This document shows positions 1 to 13,528 of a stretch of 64,000 nt of DNA, piece by piece (positions within the stretch are counted from its first letter, which is position 1; every line of letters begins with the position of its first letter). The position numbers and the translations under genes were made by a program. The notes below the pieces were generated by a model. It did no database searches, was not told where the DNA came from, and saw nothing but the letters and a program-made list of their open reading frames with translations. This DNA is from Octopus sinensis (lineage: Eukaryota): contig NC_043009.1 in the NCBI RefSeq assembly GCF_006345805.1, forward strand, positions 5,022,001 through 5,086,000, in the 5' to 3' direction.

Positions 1-910
1 CAGCGAAAATGAAGCTGGATCTTTAAGGGAAGACCTCTCGCTCGGCAGTAGTTTAGTAAAGATGCAAACTGACCACGTTGTGATCCTAATACAGAGGATA
101 ATAGAGTAAGGAGGAGGAAGTGGACGAGCGAAGAAAACAGGAAAGTGATGCAGTGCTACTTCGAAAGTGAAACAAAAAGAAGTGGCCATAGAAAACGGAT
201 GTTAATATTTTGGGTAGAAATGGGTATGTTTAATGTGACTGAGCAGAGATTAGTAGATCAAGCTACTGTTATTAGAAGGAAGTGGATGATAGAATTTGAG
301 TTAGAAGGGACCACATGAGAACTAGAAAAGAAACACCAGGCAGTGAGAAAGACAAACAACATAAGAGATACGTCTCAAACCAATGAAGAATCTAAAGGAA
401 AACATAATAATAGCGCTACCAATAAGGAATGGACAACTGGCACCAGCGACTTGAGTGATTTAAATGAGGAAGATCAAAAGACTTTCGACGAGTTGCAGGA
501 AGTAATGAGTAAAGAAGTAAGAAAAAGATAGCCAGCATTAAATGGCACCAACTGAAGAAAGTTGCTAGAAATGACTAGGAAAGTAGATTCTGTTATCAGT
601 AGGATAAATGCTAAAAATGTAGGAGACACTAACCTATTGATATTTGTAAGAGGGTAAGTAGTTACAAGATGATTAGGTATCTCACAGGGAAAGATTGAAA
701 AAGAGCAAATGTGGAAAAGGAGACTAGAAAATAAACTGAAGACTTTAAAGCAAGGACTAAGTTGAATAGAAGCCTGGAAACTGAACAAGTTAGGAAACAC
801 AAGATGTAAATCTTCCCTCGAGAAAAGATACTTAGTCAAAGAGAAAGGATTTGGGTCAATAATAGAAGAATTGAAACACCGTATGGTAGCAGAAACAGGT
901 AAGCCCTCCA
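1..910 (+). mobile_element. Degraded N-terminal coding region of an R4/Dong-like (restriction-endonuclease-type) non-LTR retrotransposon
   Basis: Manual translation at about 685-903 gives KIEKEQMWKRRLENKLKTLKQGLS*IEAWKLNKLGNTRCKSSLEKRYLVKEKGFGSIIEELKHRMVAETGK. This resembles the 'WKRRLE..I..L..DLS...KY.IK.KG.....EELKQR' block found before the RT of R4/Dong elements. It contains stops and frameshifts; clade assignment is from memory. Confidence 0.55.
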
Positions 911-1029
911 TATATCAGATATTGGTATCAACCATATAGATTCCATATATGGAAGGCACGCTTGATGCCGAAATATTGTTCAACCAATTTCACATGATAT
1001 GACACTCTTCTATTTATTTGTTTAATAAT

Positions 1030-1036
1030 TATAATG

Positions 1037-1080
<44 letters not shown>

Positions 1081-1168
1081 TAATAACAACAAAAATAATA
1101 AAAACAATAATAATAACAACAATAATAACAACAACAACAACAGCAATAACAATAAAAATAACAATAAC

Positions 1169-1265
<97 letters not shown>
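1030..1265. repeat. Compound (AAT)n/(AAC)n microsatellite
   Basis: Read directly; it is the source of the poly-N/I/L ORFs in the track. Confidence 0.97.
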
Positions 1266-1266
<1 letters not shown>

Positions 1267-1967
1267 ATGGCCTGTTGCAGTACCAGGCAGTGGCTCTCAT
1301 GGCTTCTGATAGTATCAGTCTATTAAATATAAGCGGAAGATATATGGAGGTATGTGATGTAAGCGAATGGAGCACAATAGCTATTAAGATGAGTATTTCC
1401 TGCAAGATATATCTATTCGTATGAATGCAAGTTGTATACTTGTAGAAGCTGGCCCTTCCGATGAGGTCACTCTCGGATAATGTTTGTCTTTTGGGTAATA
1501 TAGCATCTGGGCTTACCTTCATCACATGGTCTTTCGTGTCTACTTTAAGTGGGTGAAATTTGAAGACGGCGTTTTACCCATAACTTTTTGCGATCGTATC
1601 CATACCTATTCTTTCATGACTGTTCACATTATAGACGGTTATTTATGAAGAGGACAAACACTGACCTTTATCCAACAAGAAGCGGGGAAATAAAAAAAAC
1701 GAAGCAGAATACGGATAAATCACATGGCTACATGTTCTTTTTTTTTCAGAAAAGAAGGAAATATAAGGGACAGTAATGAATAAGAATTGCACTAAAATAA
1801 TTAGATTAAAAAATTAAATACTATCTTCAATTTACCGTGGCAGCCTGGAAAGTATGTTTGGCCAAATAATCATGTGCTGGCGAGAGATGAAGGGTTCGTT
1901 GACCAAAAGAGTTATTCAAGAATGATAAGATCTCTCCTTTCCCTTTTGATTGTTATCTGGTCCTATT

Positions 1968-2009
<42 letters not shown>

Positions 2010-2214
2010 ATATATAATATATATAATATATAGATATATATATATAATATATAATAATATATATATGAATATAGATAATATATACATATTTATATATATA
2101 TATACTATATATATATATACAAACGCGAGATCAAACGAAAAAATAATCAGCAAACGTCGTATTTTTTTAGGGCCAGATCAAACATTTCTAGAGGGGGAAA
2201 CAGTTGGGGACGAG

Positions 2215-2490
2215 TTTTGATAAGAATCGTAAACAATTCTGTAGATATATTAGGATGAAGTTTGATAGTGACAAGTATGTCATGCGTGTAATAAAGAAGG
2301 AAAATTGGTAACGCTATAGCGTTCTTCTTGATAAAATGCCAATTAGATCAGTGAAAGAACGAAGGGTATATAAATATTTAAGTGTGCATCAGGGTAATGA
2401 AACAAAACAGGAGGAAAATGAAATATACTTTTGGAGATGAATGCTTATGAAATGTCACGGTGATCTTTAAAATAACTAAGTTGATCAACG
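2215..2490 (+). mobile_element. Degraded R4/Dong-like reverse transcriptase C-terminal fragment
   Basis: Frame reads QFCRYIRMKFDSDKYVMRVIKKENW*...MPIRSVKERRVYKYLSVHQGNETKQEE, matching the 'FS.DI.M.FG.DKC...IKRG...I..L....YKYLG' pattern of late RT domains. Confidence 0.5.
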
Positions 2491-2511
2491 CCGTAATAAA
2501 CTAAAAATTAC

Positions 2512-2565
<54 letters not shown>

Positions 2566-2696
2566 TATATGAATATATATAATATATATATATATATGAA
2601 TATATATATATTATACACATATACATATATACATACATATGTATATATATACATGTATACATATATATACATACATATTGATGTACACACACACAG

Positions 2697-2730
<34 letters not shown>

Positions 2731-2787
2731 TATATATATATATATATATATATTTATTTAATATATATAATATAATATATATATGTA

Positions 2788-2828
<41 letters not shown>

Positions 2829-3429
2829 TATATATATATATATATATGTATATATATTATATATATAATATATACATGCGTTATGGGATGAAGACAACGC
2901 CCAAATCATTTGAAAGCTCTAATATATTAGCCACAGTATCCCCCCCACCAGTTAAATAAGACTACTGGGGTTTAGATTCTTTTAAAAGCGTTGAATCCAT
3001 TTCAAGCCTCCAGACTCGATATACTATTCTAATGTGTACCTGTGTGTGTGTTGTTTTTTTATCTACAGAAATTGATATATGCATGTACCGGCATGTAACT
3101 AGTCAGAGGAATCGTGAAATGTTCAGAGTTATTATGGATCATCTCATGGCTAGCGTAAATTACAAGCAGGCAAACAACCGCGGGGTAACACACACGGCTA
3201 TTTGAAGTTTAGAAATCACTAAATTGTAATCGACAGGTTCCTTAGAGTGAGTTGAAGTTTTTAAAGTGATATTCAAATTAATAAGGTTATGACCTGACAT
3301 ACTAGGTGACATTAAAATAGTTTGCTATAATGCCAAGAAATGATATGATAATTACTTGGTCCTGGAGTTGTGCGTTAGAATGCAATTCCAAATACGAAAT
3401 GCAATGCTGTAATGTCTTGAGAAACTGTA

Positions 3430-4410
3430 ACTTACTACGAATTTAAAACAGATGTTAAACTGATCCGAAAGTATATGACAGATCAAATACAGACGTTAAA
3501 ATATGCTATATTAAAATTGGGCACTCTGACCTCAAAGACTGATCACACACCTGTCGACCAACTGAGTTCGATAAAGAGCAACTGAATCAAGTTCTTCATG
3601 AAAATCCACATCAAACGACTAGAGAATTAGCGGAAGAGATGGCTTGTGATAAAAAAGGTTCTGGTGAAACACCTACACTCAACAGACAAGGTTCAGAAAT
3701 ATGGCGCTTGGGTGCCACACACTTTGAGCGAAAACAACAAATGTCAGCGCTCCACAATCTGCGCCTGTTTGCTCGCTCGATATCGCTCAGCCAATAGTCA
3801 CAAACGGCGTTTACTTCACTGCACTGTCACTGGCGATGAAAAATATTGCCTTTACGTGAAAAGAATGTCTCAGCCCTGAAAAACTAGCGACTACCCAGCG
3901 AAACAAGACCTTCATCCTAGAAGTATCACCGTAATTCCTTACGAACTACTTAAGTGCAAACAAACACCAAATGTGGAGCGATACCTTCAACTACTGCACT
4001 GACTTCTAAAACGAAGCGATTCAGCAAAAAAGACCGAATTGACGAAATGGCTTTCTTCTGCAACACGGAAACGCCCGTCCTTACATCGCCAGCATGACCA
4101 AAGCCACGATTCAAGAACTCAAATGGGAAAGGCTGCTTCATCCTCCATACTCTCCAGACGTGGCGCCATAAAGTTTTCTTTCTTCTCTTTCGTCCACTTT
4201 TGAACGTTTTGCGCGGTGCATCGTTCAATAATAAAGTGCAATTGAGGGTTTGGTTAGACGAATTCTTTGAGTGAAGACCGGCAGATTTCTATCGCCGAGG
4301 CATCGACAAAGTTACTGAACGCCAGGAGGACGTCGTAGACAACAACGGGGAGCATGTTATTGATTATTTTGTTTTAGTTTTGGTGTCTCAAATAATTTTT
4401 TTTTAAATGC
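3430..4410 (+). mobile_element. Mariner (DD34D) transposase fossil
   Basis: Contains RPTEFDKEQLNQVLHENPHQTTRELAEEM (helix-turn-helix region), KYGAWVPHTLSE (WVPHEL motif), TVTGDEK (first D), FLQHGNARP (second D region), HPPYSPDVAP (YSPDL motif) and FYRRGIDK...NNGEH. Multiple frameshifts. Confidence 0.92.
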
Positions 4411-4526
4411 TTATGATTTATTCCTCATCCCAATCGATATATATGCTCATAAATACGTACCTATATGCAAATATAAGAATATATATATACATATAAGAAT
4501 ATATATATATGTGTGTGTGTGTGTGC

Positions 4527-4864
4527 TTACTCTCTCTTTTACTCTTTTACTTGTTTCAGTCATTTGACTGCGGCCATGCTGGAGCACCACATTTAGTCGA
4601 GCAAATCGACCCCGGGACTTATTCTTTGTAAACACAGTACTTATCATATCGGTCTCTTTTGCCGAACCACTAAGTAACGGGGACGTAAACACACCAGCAT
4701 CGGTTGTCAAGCAATGCTAGGGGGACAAACACACACACATACACACATATATATATGGTCGGCCCGGGGCTATAGTAGACGCTTGCCCAAGATTCCACGC
4801 AGTGGGACTGAACCCGGAACCATGTGGTTGGTTAGCAAGCTACTTACCACACAGCCACTCCTGC
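4527..4864 (-). mobile_element. tRNA-derived SINE with internal microsatellite and (AAAGAGT)n tail
   Basis: Minus strand reads gcaggagtggctgtgtggtaagtagc (A-box-like), ggttcagtccc (B-box-like), a CORE-like ttgggcaag segment and the tail gcatggccgcagtcaaatgactgaaacaagtaaaagagt. A near-identical copy lies at 8791-9211. Confidence 0.88.
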
Positions 4865-5083
4865 TTATATATTATATTATTTATGAATATGTGTATACAT
4901 CTATACATACGCACATATGCCTTGCCTATGTGTGTATATGGTCATGCGTTTCCGTCTTCTTTTATGTATGTGTTATATGGGTGTGTGTGCTTGTCTGTCC
5001 ATGTTACCTATGTACCTCTCTGTCTATTTATCAGTTTACTTACAATTCCATTTACCTACTTATATATATATATATATATATAT

Positions 5084-5137
<54 letters not shown>

Positions 5138-5139
<2 letters not shown>

Positions 5140-5852
5140 GTGAAAATAACAGCCTACTAACAAATCTACCTGTTTATGTATATACTGTGGGTATTGGGGT
5201 ATCTCTGCCTTAGTACTGGGGATGTTTCATTTGTGAAGACGTACTCCCGTATTTTTATTGTTGGGTCCTTCGGATGCCTGGATAAAATGCGGATATCAAG
5301 TCGATTCAGTGTGTCTCCTCGTTGGTGTTTGGCATGTTGGTACAGTATGGAGGACTCTTCTTTGTCGTCAAACTGCCTCAAAGGACCTTTTAGTCTTTCC
5401 GTAATGCTTTCAGATATCTTACGAATGTATGTCATGTTCTTGTCGTTACTAGTACCCTCTATGTACCTTATACTGTAGATTACATTTCTAGTTCTACAGT
5501 TATGTAGTTCTCATTTGTACAAGCAGTTTCTCAAGGGATTACGTCCTACATAATTGTGATCTGTTTTGTTGGCCTCCTTCAGAGCTTTCCCAAATCTTCG
5601 GGCTAGTTCTCCATGGGCTGAGACCTCTACAAACATCACTCCTTGATATTTATTGGCTTTGTACCATGTGTTCACCCTGTTTGCTTTGTCACAATCTCTC
5701 TCTATGCTATTCCAGTCTTTACTTGTGTATTTAAGACAGGTTTCATTGCTTATAGTGCTACATAACTTCTGTCTAGCTCCCTTGTATACCTGAATCTTTC
5801 TGGTCATATCCAGAGAACTGTCGCGGTGCATGAGAGGCCTGAAGCGCATGCA
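5138..5852 (-). mobile_element. 5'-truncated Penelope-like element (RT-linker and GIY-YIG endonuclease region), degraded
   Basis: Minus-strand frames read RPLMHRD...NTWYKANKYQGVMFVEVSAHGELAR..., then HNCRTRNVIYSI...MTYI, then ERLKGPLRQFDDKEESSILYQHAKHQ...ILSRHPKDPTIKIREYVFTNE. This is typical PLE linker plus GIY-YIG C-terminus. Both ends abut (AT)n tracts. Confidence 0.75.
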
Positions 5853-6661
5853 GTTATATACATATATATATATATATACATACACATGAATATATATATT
5901 CATACATATTAATCTCTCTCTCGCTCCCCCTCTCTCTTTCTCTCTCTCTATATATATATATATGAGTGTGTGTGTAAAAAGAGATACATATAGAGATGTA
6001 TAAAAGGTAAATGCGAGATTGTTCGCCGCTGTGTCAGCACCGAAGTAATGAATCGCACGTAATAACAAAATTATTATATATAGAAGAAATAAAATGCATA
6101 ATCCCACATGGACGAAGAAAACGTTAAAAGAAAATGCTACATGTTTTGAGAGCAAGATATAAACAATTTTGATCTGCTGCTGGATAATATATGCGGAACT
6201 GTCGATATCTCGATAAGGAAAATATACTCTCCTCGCAGCCCTCGTGTTCAAGTTCCACCAGAAGTCTCTTTTTTTTTCTCTATGACTCTTTTTTGTATGA
6301 CTCTTTCCTCCTCTAGCAGCTCACCTGTAACGGACCGGCATCCTGTTCATGTGGGGAACCTATACGCCATTGAAACTGGGAAACCGGCCCTTGTGAGCCA
6401 GGCATGGCTCGAGAAAGAACAAACAAAAACAATAACAACAACTTCTATACTCAAACGCCGGTGAGTATATGCGCATGCATGCAGGCATGTATCTGTGAGT
6501 GTTTGTATGCACAGCGTGTACATGGGAAAATATTGGGTCAAATTAAAGACTACCTGAAGTAGAAATAGGTCTCTATACAACTTAAAAGTAAATGTAAAGC
6601 AAATAGTTTTATATTACGAATTAGAGAAAACGCGCTTCTCTTTGCTAAACTATTTAATCCG

Positions 6662-6718
<57 letters not shown>

Positions 6719-7638
6719 GATATATGTATGTATGTATATGTACATATATATTTATGTATAAATGATATGCAGACGTATAAACATATACATATAAACACGC
6801 ATATAAGCATACATATGTATATATTCCTATGCATGCACACACACATTTGTACGTATACGTGCACACAGAAAAAAGTAGAGAGAGAGAGAGAGCGACGGAG
6901 AAAAGGAGAAGGGAAGGGAGTGAAAAAAGAGAAAAGTAAAAAAAAAAATAACAGAAAGATATTATATAGAAATTCATATCACTTCACAAAAATATATCAT
7001 TTGGGAAGTTTTTCTCTGTTGGGAAAAAAAACGAATACAATGAATGGCAAGACATCAATATCTTTGCTTTGTACATGTGATTCATTCTCAGACGTGCGCT
7101 TTGATGGACAATGAAAGCAGGGTCTCCAATGATACAATCAACGAAGACTTCAATAATTTCCTAATGAGTATAAATGAGAATAACAAGCTATTATATACTT
7201 AAGCATACTAACAGTCGCATCATCAAAGACATTTTATATTCTTATTTTTTTCTTATGTATCAATACACTATCAGTAGATTACAAAACAATATTTTGTTAT
7301 ACTGTTTATTTTAGATTGCTGGAAATATAAAATCTCATAGGTAAACCACAATTACTATCTTCTCGCAATGAAATGCATTTAATTATTTATTCAAGAGATA
7401 TGTGGAGAAAACCAAACAATATTACTGTATACTCACAGTCTATTAACGCTTTCGAAAAATATGTTTCAAGAAGAAAACCTCAGTGTGATGCAATTTGTTC
7501 AGCTTGTAAAATATATACTAGGAACCGTGCGTGCGAAATGAACAGTCCCCACCACGCACATACTCACACAAGCACACATACATAGCTATGCTTGTACGTG
7601 TATATATTTGTGTATTGTGAGTGTGTATAAATATATAT

Positions 7639-7682
<44 letters not shown>

Positions 7683-7949
7683 TATATATTATATATATAT
7701 ATACACATATACGTATTTATATAGCTGTGTGTTTGTGTGTACTTAGGATGTATTTATTGAAAAAATAGGTTGTAGTTACAATATCATATTACAAGATTTC
7801 CCTTCGGAATGTAATGTCACAAAATTATCTTTATATGAAATTTTATAACAAATACTTAAGACACGCACAGTAAGGCACTGTCACACACACACACATGCAC
7901 ATAGTGACGCGTGTGCACAAAACACATATACTACACGCACATGTATATG

Positions 7950-7984
<35 letters not shown>

Positions 7985-8790
7985 GTGTGTGTGTATACAT
8001 GCATATAAGTATTTGTAAGTATCGCTATGTATATTTGTATGTATAGGTAACAGTCATAAACTAAAAGATATGTATAAAACGTATGCTTGTTTTCCCATCA
8101 CTATTTAAGCGCGAGAAGATCTATCGTATGTAATCACGATAGGGGATCTGTATGAAATTATTTTCATACATATATTATGGGAGTATTTGTTCTTATCGAA
8201 AGCTTTCTTAGTTACTTTGTTTTTGTCTGCTATCATGCTAAATAAATAAAAGTCGCTTCTGATAAACGAGAAATGATCAAAGATGTTTTATACACTCACA
8301 CACACGCATATATATACTGACTACCAGCAAATGAAAATACTAAGTATAAGGAAAGAGTGTATATAGTGTTAATAAGAAAAACCACAAGAATTACATAAAT
8401 AGGAAGTAAAAGACGAACATGCATCCATTGGTATTAAAGGAAGGCATATGAGGAGGTTTAGCAATTGTGGTATAATCACGATGTGTATATATAATAAACA
8501 TGTTTATGCTATTGTTACGTTAAAAATATCTTAACCTTGGGTGTAACGACCGAAGTGTTCCCGTCACCACCCCTATAGATATATTCGGTAAATTCTATGT
8601 TAAGCTGTTTGTAAATTTCAACGCCCTTTTAATCTGGTTGATATAAAAATAACAGAATATTTGATACATACACTAACTATTAATAACCTAATGTTAAAAA
8701 TAGAAATATTTGATAAATAATCTACTGAAAACCTAATGCTAAATTTTAATACAAATACTACAAAAATGTCTGCACGTTTCTCTGAGTGAG

Positions 8791-9211
8791 TACTCTCTTT
8801 ACTCTTTACTCTTTTACTTGTTTCAGTCATTTGACTGCGGCCATGCTGGAGCACCACCTTTAGTCGAGAAAATCGATCCCAGGACTTATTCTTTGTAAGC
8901 CCAGTACTTATTCTATCGGTCTCTTTTGCCGAACCGCTAAGTGACGGGGACGTAAATACACCAGCATCGGTTGTCAAGCAATGCTAGGGGGACAAACACA
9001 AACACACAAACACACACACATACACACACATATATATATACATATATACAACAGGCTTCTTTCAGTTTCCGTCTACCAAATCCACTCACAAGGCATTGGT
9101 CGGCCCGGGGCTATAGTAGAAGACACTTGCCCAAGATGCCACGCAGTGGGACTGAACCCTGAACCATGTGGTTGGTTAGCAAACTACTTACCACACAGCC
9201 ACTCCTGCGCC
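8791..9211 (-). mobile_element. tRNA-derived SINE (same family as 4527-4864)
   Basis: Same head, body and tail, with an internal (AC)/(AT) tract. Confidence 0.9.
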
Positions 9212-9462
9212 TATCAATTACAATTATCTCTTTTTCTTAAAGAAATTAAAATATTAGCAGTATTCGTTTTAAGCTCTATCGTCTTTATTTTTATAGAAAT
9301 ATATATTACCTGGTATTAATACAATATACTTGTCTTCTGCCCTTTTTCTCGTCAGATTTGAATTAGGGGAGGTTTTCAATGTTTTTTAATGGCAGGGATG
9401 TTCCCACTTCATTGCCGTTCTGCTTTATATGCACTTTTTAATGAGAATGAAATCAAACCCAC

Positions 9463-9808
9463 CGTTATGTCGCACGTTCGGATGCCTCTACTACTCTGTT
9501 CTAGTCAGGTTTGTTCTCATCTGGAGTTGCTGTTGCTGCCGCTCTTGTAGTTTTCCAACTGCTTTCAGTAACTCTTCGATTTCGGTACTATTCGAAACCT
9601 CGTCGCCACTGTTATATCGCACTACTACACAGTGGATGTGTGAGCTACGAAATCCTTGTCACCACTGTTATGTCACACGTTCGGATGACCTCTACTCAAA
9701 TCGATTGTACTACTCTCTACTCTACCGACCTTCTCAACTGTTCTCTCTACTCTCTATATCTACGTATTGGGATAGCCTACTTCATCGTCTAGGGGCGTCC
9801 ACACGACA
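9463..9808 (-). mobile_element. Internally deleted Gypsy-like LTR retrotransposon relic with tRNA-Ser primer-binding site
   Basis: On the minus strand a TGT...ACA unit (9808-9666) is followed by GTGGTGACAAGG. A second ...TAACA is followed by GTGGCGACGAGG (PBS-like, 9598-9608). Then come a gag-like EIEELLKAVGKLQERQQQQLQM and a repeat of the LTR 3' end (about 9492-9463). Confidence 0.6.
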
Positions 9809-11450
9809 ACCACCCTGACTTATTTTCTTCCATCCTATCATTCACATTCATATTGAGTGCCATTACTTTTCCACTCTCTTCATACATCCAATCTTGTTTA
9901 TACCATGCTGATTGCTGTCCCAATTATGCTCTCTTGAACATCCGCTCACAAAAAGTATCAGGCATATCATAACAAAAATCGACAACAAAAAAAAAAAACG
10001 GAAAGAATATGCTAGAAATGCCGCCTGTGACTCCTGGATTAAATTATGTTCCAAAGGCATATCTTTCACTGTTAAATCGCGTTGACTATTGGACAACCAA
10101 TATTTTCAAGTACTGAAGAGTTTTCGAGCAATATGGTATTTAACGTAGAAATGGTTGGAAATTTTTACGTGACCGATTGAATATGAACTTGTGAAATTTC
10201 CATTTTGTCTCTTTCTAAAGTACAAGTGTTATAACATAGAAAACTCGGTTAGGAAACATATTTAAAATTATTAATATTATTAATGACAAAGTAAAAGAAG
10301 ACAGCTTTAACATCAGAAGCCAGAGAACATACGTGGATAGATTTCAACACATATATTTTCATTAAATATTATCCAATGAAAAATCTCGTAGTTAGCAGCC
10401 TACAGACATTTAAACAAAGATACAATATAAGTTAAGAAAATTTCTTTGTCTCTTATTGTGATTACATTCATATAATCCAAAAATGTTTTAAAACATGTAA
10501 CACACATAATATCAGATGTCGTGTTCATTCATATATCAGTGTTATTGCTTCAGGTGAATTAAATTTCGTAAAAAAATTAAATAAATAAAATCCATACACA
10601 AAGTTCTGCTTGGTAATTCTTCGGAAACTAACACGGTTGAAGAAATCAAGATGGCGAATTTGAAGATTTCTAGCTCATGCTGTTCAAATCCTGCCGTGGT
10701 AACATTGCCCCTGATTCCTTTGGGTTAGATAAATAAAACGGTCTATTCTTTCGCTTGCTCGGACTTTTTAGAGGAAAAAAGGTACTCCAGCCACAATTAA
10801 ATGCCCAAGACATGGCGCGTTTAACGACGGTACTCCTAAGAAAACATCATAAGTTATGAACCCACAGGCACTTAAGGTGAAAATACGGCAGCACAATTCA
10901 GAGCACAAGAAGTATTTTCTCGATAATATCACAGCATAATTTGAACAATATAGACATAGGTTTAAGTGTGCTAGAATAAAAACTTTCGTTTGGAGTGAAA
11001 GGTAAATCTCATTGAGATTCTATTTCTCGAGCCAGAGATCTAACATTTTTTACACCGACACGTTGTGCACTCCTAAATCTTTTAGTTGGTTATGAAATTC
11101 TATGAACTTAATTTCTTTATAGCCCCAAATTTCCTCAGCTTAATTTTCTGACAAACATTTTTCTTTTTTTTTTTTTAGAGCGTTAAAGAATTAACATTCA
11201 ATAAAAAAGAAATCGATTTCCATGTTTCTATTTCGAAGTGATTTATCAGCATTTTATCGTCGCTGATTGTCAATATGTATCATCACCCAATGATTGACGT
11301 ATTGTGTGAAGACAATTGCAACAATTGATTGCCTTTATTACATTTCTACATGGGAGACCTGTTTAACATGTATAGCATGGATGTATATGTATCTTATCAC
11401 ACACACACACACATACACACACACATACACACACACATACATACATGCAT

Positions 11451-11493
<43 letters not shown>

Positions 11494-11579
11494 CTGATAT
11501 ATATATGTATGTATATGTGTGGTGTGTATACATACATATATTTATATATATATATATATTATATATATATATATATTAT

Positions 11580-11611
<32 letters not shown>

Positions 11612-12703
11612 ATATGTATGCATGTATGTATGTATTTATTCATGTATGAAGGCTGGAATACACATTCTTAACATGCAGGTACGCATATAGACACATATAC
11701 ACATTCACACACGTGTTTGTGTGTATGAGTGAGTGTGCATGCGTATTTGAGAGTGTGAGTGTGTTCGTACCTGTGCGCAGGTATATAACAGCATGTTTTA
11801 TAGTTACATTTTGAGTGAATATATAATCATGACGGGCTTAACGTGAAATGGATGGCTGCACGCCAGGGAATACGAGATTCGAGATCCAATACTAAGTCTA
11901 ATTGAGACGATTCATCATTTTCTTCTACTTGCGAGTATTCGAACGGCTTCCTGTTGGCAAATCAGAACATCCAATGCGATGATTTAATCTAAACACACGG
12001 ATCCTTATATTACGATTGTTGAAATAAATAATTTACTAAGAATTTAATATATTGCTCGAAAATATTAGTTACAAGGTTGATGAAATTCCAGCAATGATCG
12101 AATTCTAGCCGCCATGTTGACCAATAAATTACCATTAAATCCTGCCGTAGAACCGCTAACACAATTGATCAAATTTCTTTCATGAGATTGCGTACTGTTA
12201 TGTGCGTACTCTCTGTTCTCTTTCCATTTCGTAAAATCTTAACATTTCAATACTGCTACACGTTTTTCTGCAACTCACGCACCACAGCTCTATATTGTTC
12301 ATGTCAACGAATAACGGCAACTGTATTAGGGTGTTCTCAATCTTTATGCCTGCAAGAAATAGTAACCAAATCTCTTTGAGAACGTACCGCATCGTTCGAA
12401 AGAATTGTTGGCGATTTTGCATACGCCAGTTAAGAAAAGCACGTCGTCTGCAAGAAGTAACGAGACATGGTCAAATCGTATTTGAAACATAGCTTCATCG
12501 TTTTTCAGCATGACAAAGTGAAAGCAGTGATCTATTACTGTAATATACTTCTTGATATAATTCTATTAACATGTTTACTAGACCATAGTACTGGGATGAG
12601 GAAGTAAAACGTAATCATATCGTCTCTGTCACGAGAGAGAGAGGTAATATAAACAGATAAAAAATACATTACGAACATCTAGCAGTTTACAAGTATACAC
12701 ACA

Positions 12704-12775
<72 letters not shown>

Positions 12776-12792
12776 TATATACATATATATAT

Positions 12793-13278
12793 ACATAACC
12801 GTCTGATATGAATCACCTCAGACAAACCATTGAATTTGCTGGCACTGGCAGTTTGGAGATGATTTGTCTGAGGTGATTCATATCAGACGGGTATGTTCAA
12901 TTTTTTAGTGCTTTCAAATCCAAATTAAGAAATGTTGAGCTGACGAAAGAAATGTCGAGTTTTAATTCGACTAATCTAGAAACGTTAACGTTCTCAAATC
13001 TTTGTACATGTGATATTTTGCTGTTTTTTCCTCCATATCTACGTGAATTATTTTTGAGTAAACACTATCTGGGTGACTTTTCTTATAGTAGTAGAAATTG
13101 CTAAAAAAACTTCTTGGCTGCTATTTCTAAAAGTTTCAGTATGTGGTAAAGTAAATTATTTTACTGAGCCCTAATTATATAACGTAATATTTTGAATATA
13201 CCTTGAATGGTCCTTTTACATACTGAACACTACTTGGTGAAATTAATTAATACTTAATTGATTTTACCCTTTTATTAT

Positions 13279-13280
<2 letters not shown>
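12793..13280 (+). mobile_element. HHR-containing non-coding retroelement of about 490 bp (retrozyme/PLE pLTR-like) with 5' inverted segment
   Basis: 12793-12826 is the reverse complement of 12863-12896. An HHR lies at 12935-12997. The 3' end ...ttttacccttttattattg joins (AT)n. A homologous, diverged copy lies at 31617-32157. Confidence 0.8.
12935..12997 (+). ncRNA. Type I hammerhead ribozyme motif
   Basis: Stem I ttgag/ctcaa; core CTGACGA; stem II aga..gtcga[gttttaat]tcgac..tct; GAAA; palindromic stem III AACGTTAACGTT; predicted cleavage after GUU (12992). A:A mismatch at 10.1/11.1. Confidence 0.8.
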
Positions 13281-13326
<46 letters not shown>

Positions 13327-13494
13327 GTAAATACTTTGCCAAATATCATTGGTCCACATTTTGGAAGCTGCGAGGAGACTATAGCGTAATATACAAGCCC
13401 TCAATCTTGAGTGCATTCCATCGTATCGCACAGTGTACCCAACCTGTGGTCCGCAAAGGTCGTACTGACATCGCTGAACTAAATTCAAAATTTC

Positions 13495-13528
<34 letters not shown>

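Noticed and set aside
945-985. HHR-like ggca[cgcttga]tgcc-GAAA hairpin
   Set aside because: No CUGANGA core and no convincing stem I.
12375-12434. Minus-strand 60-bp candidate exon (ttcttgcag|...|gtacgt; DDVLFLTGVCKIANNSFERC)
   Set aside because: The splice sites are plausible but it is isolated, with two open frames, no partner exon and no recognisable domain. Such sites can occur by chance.
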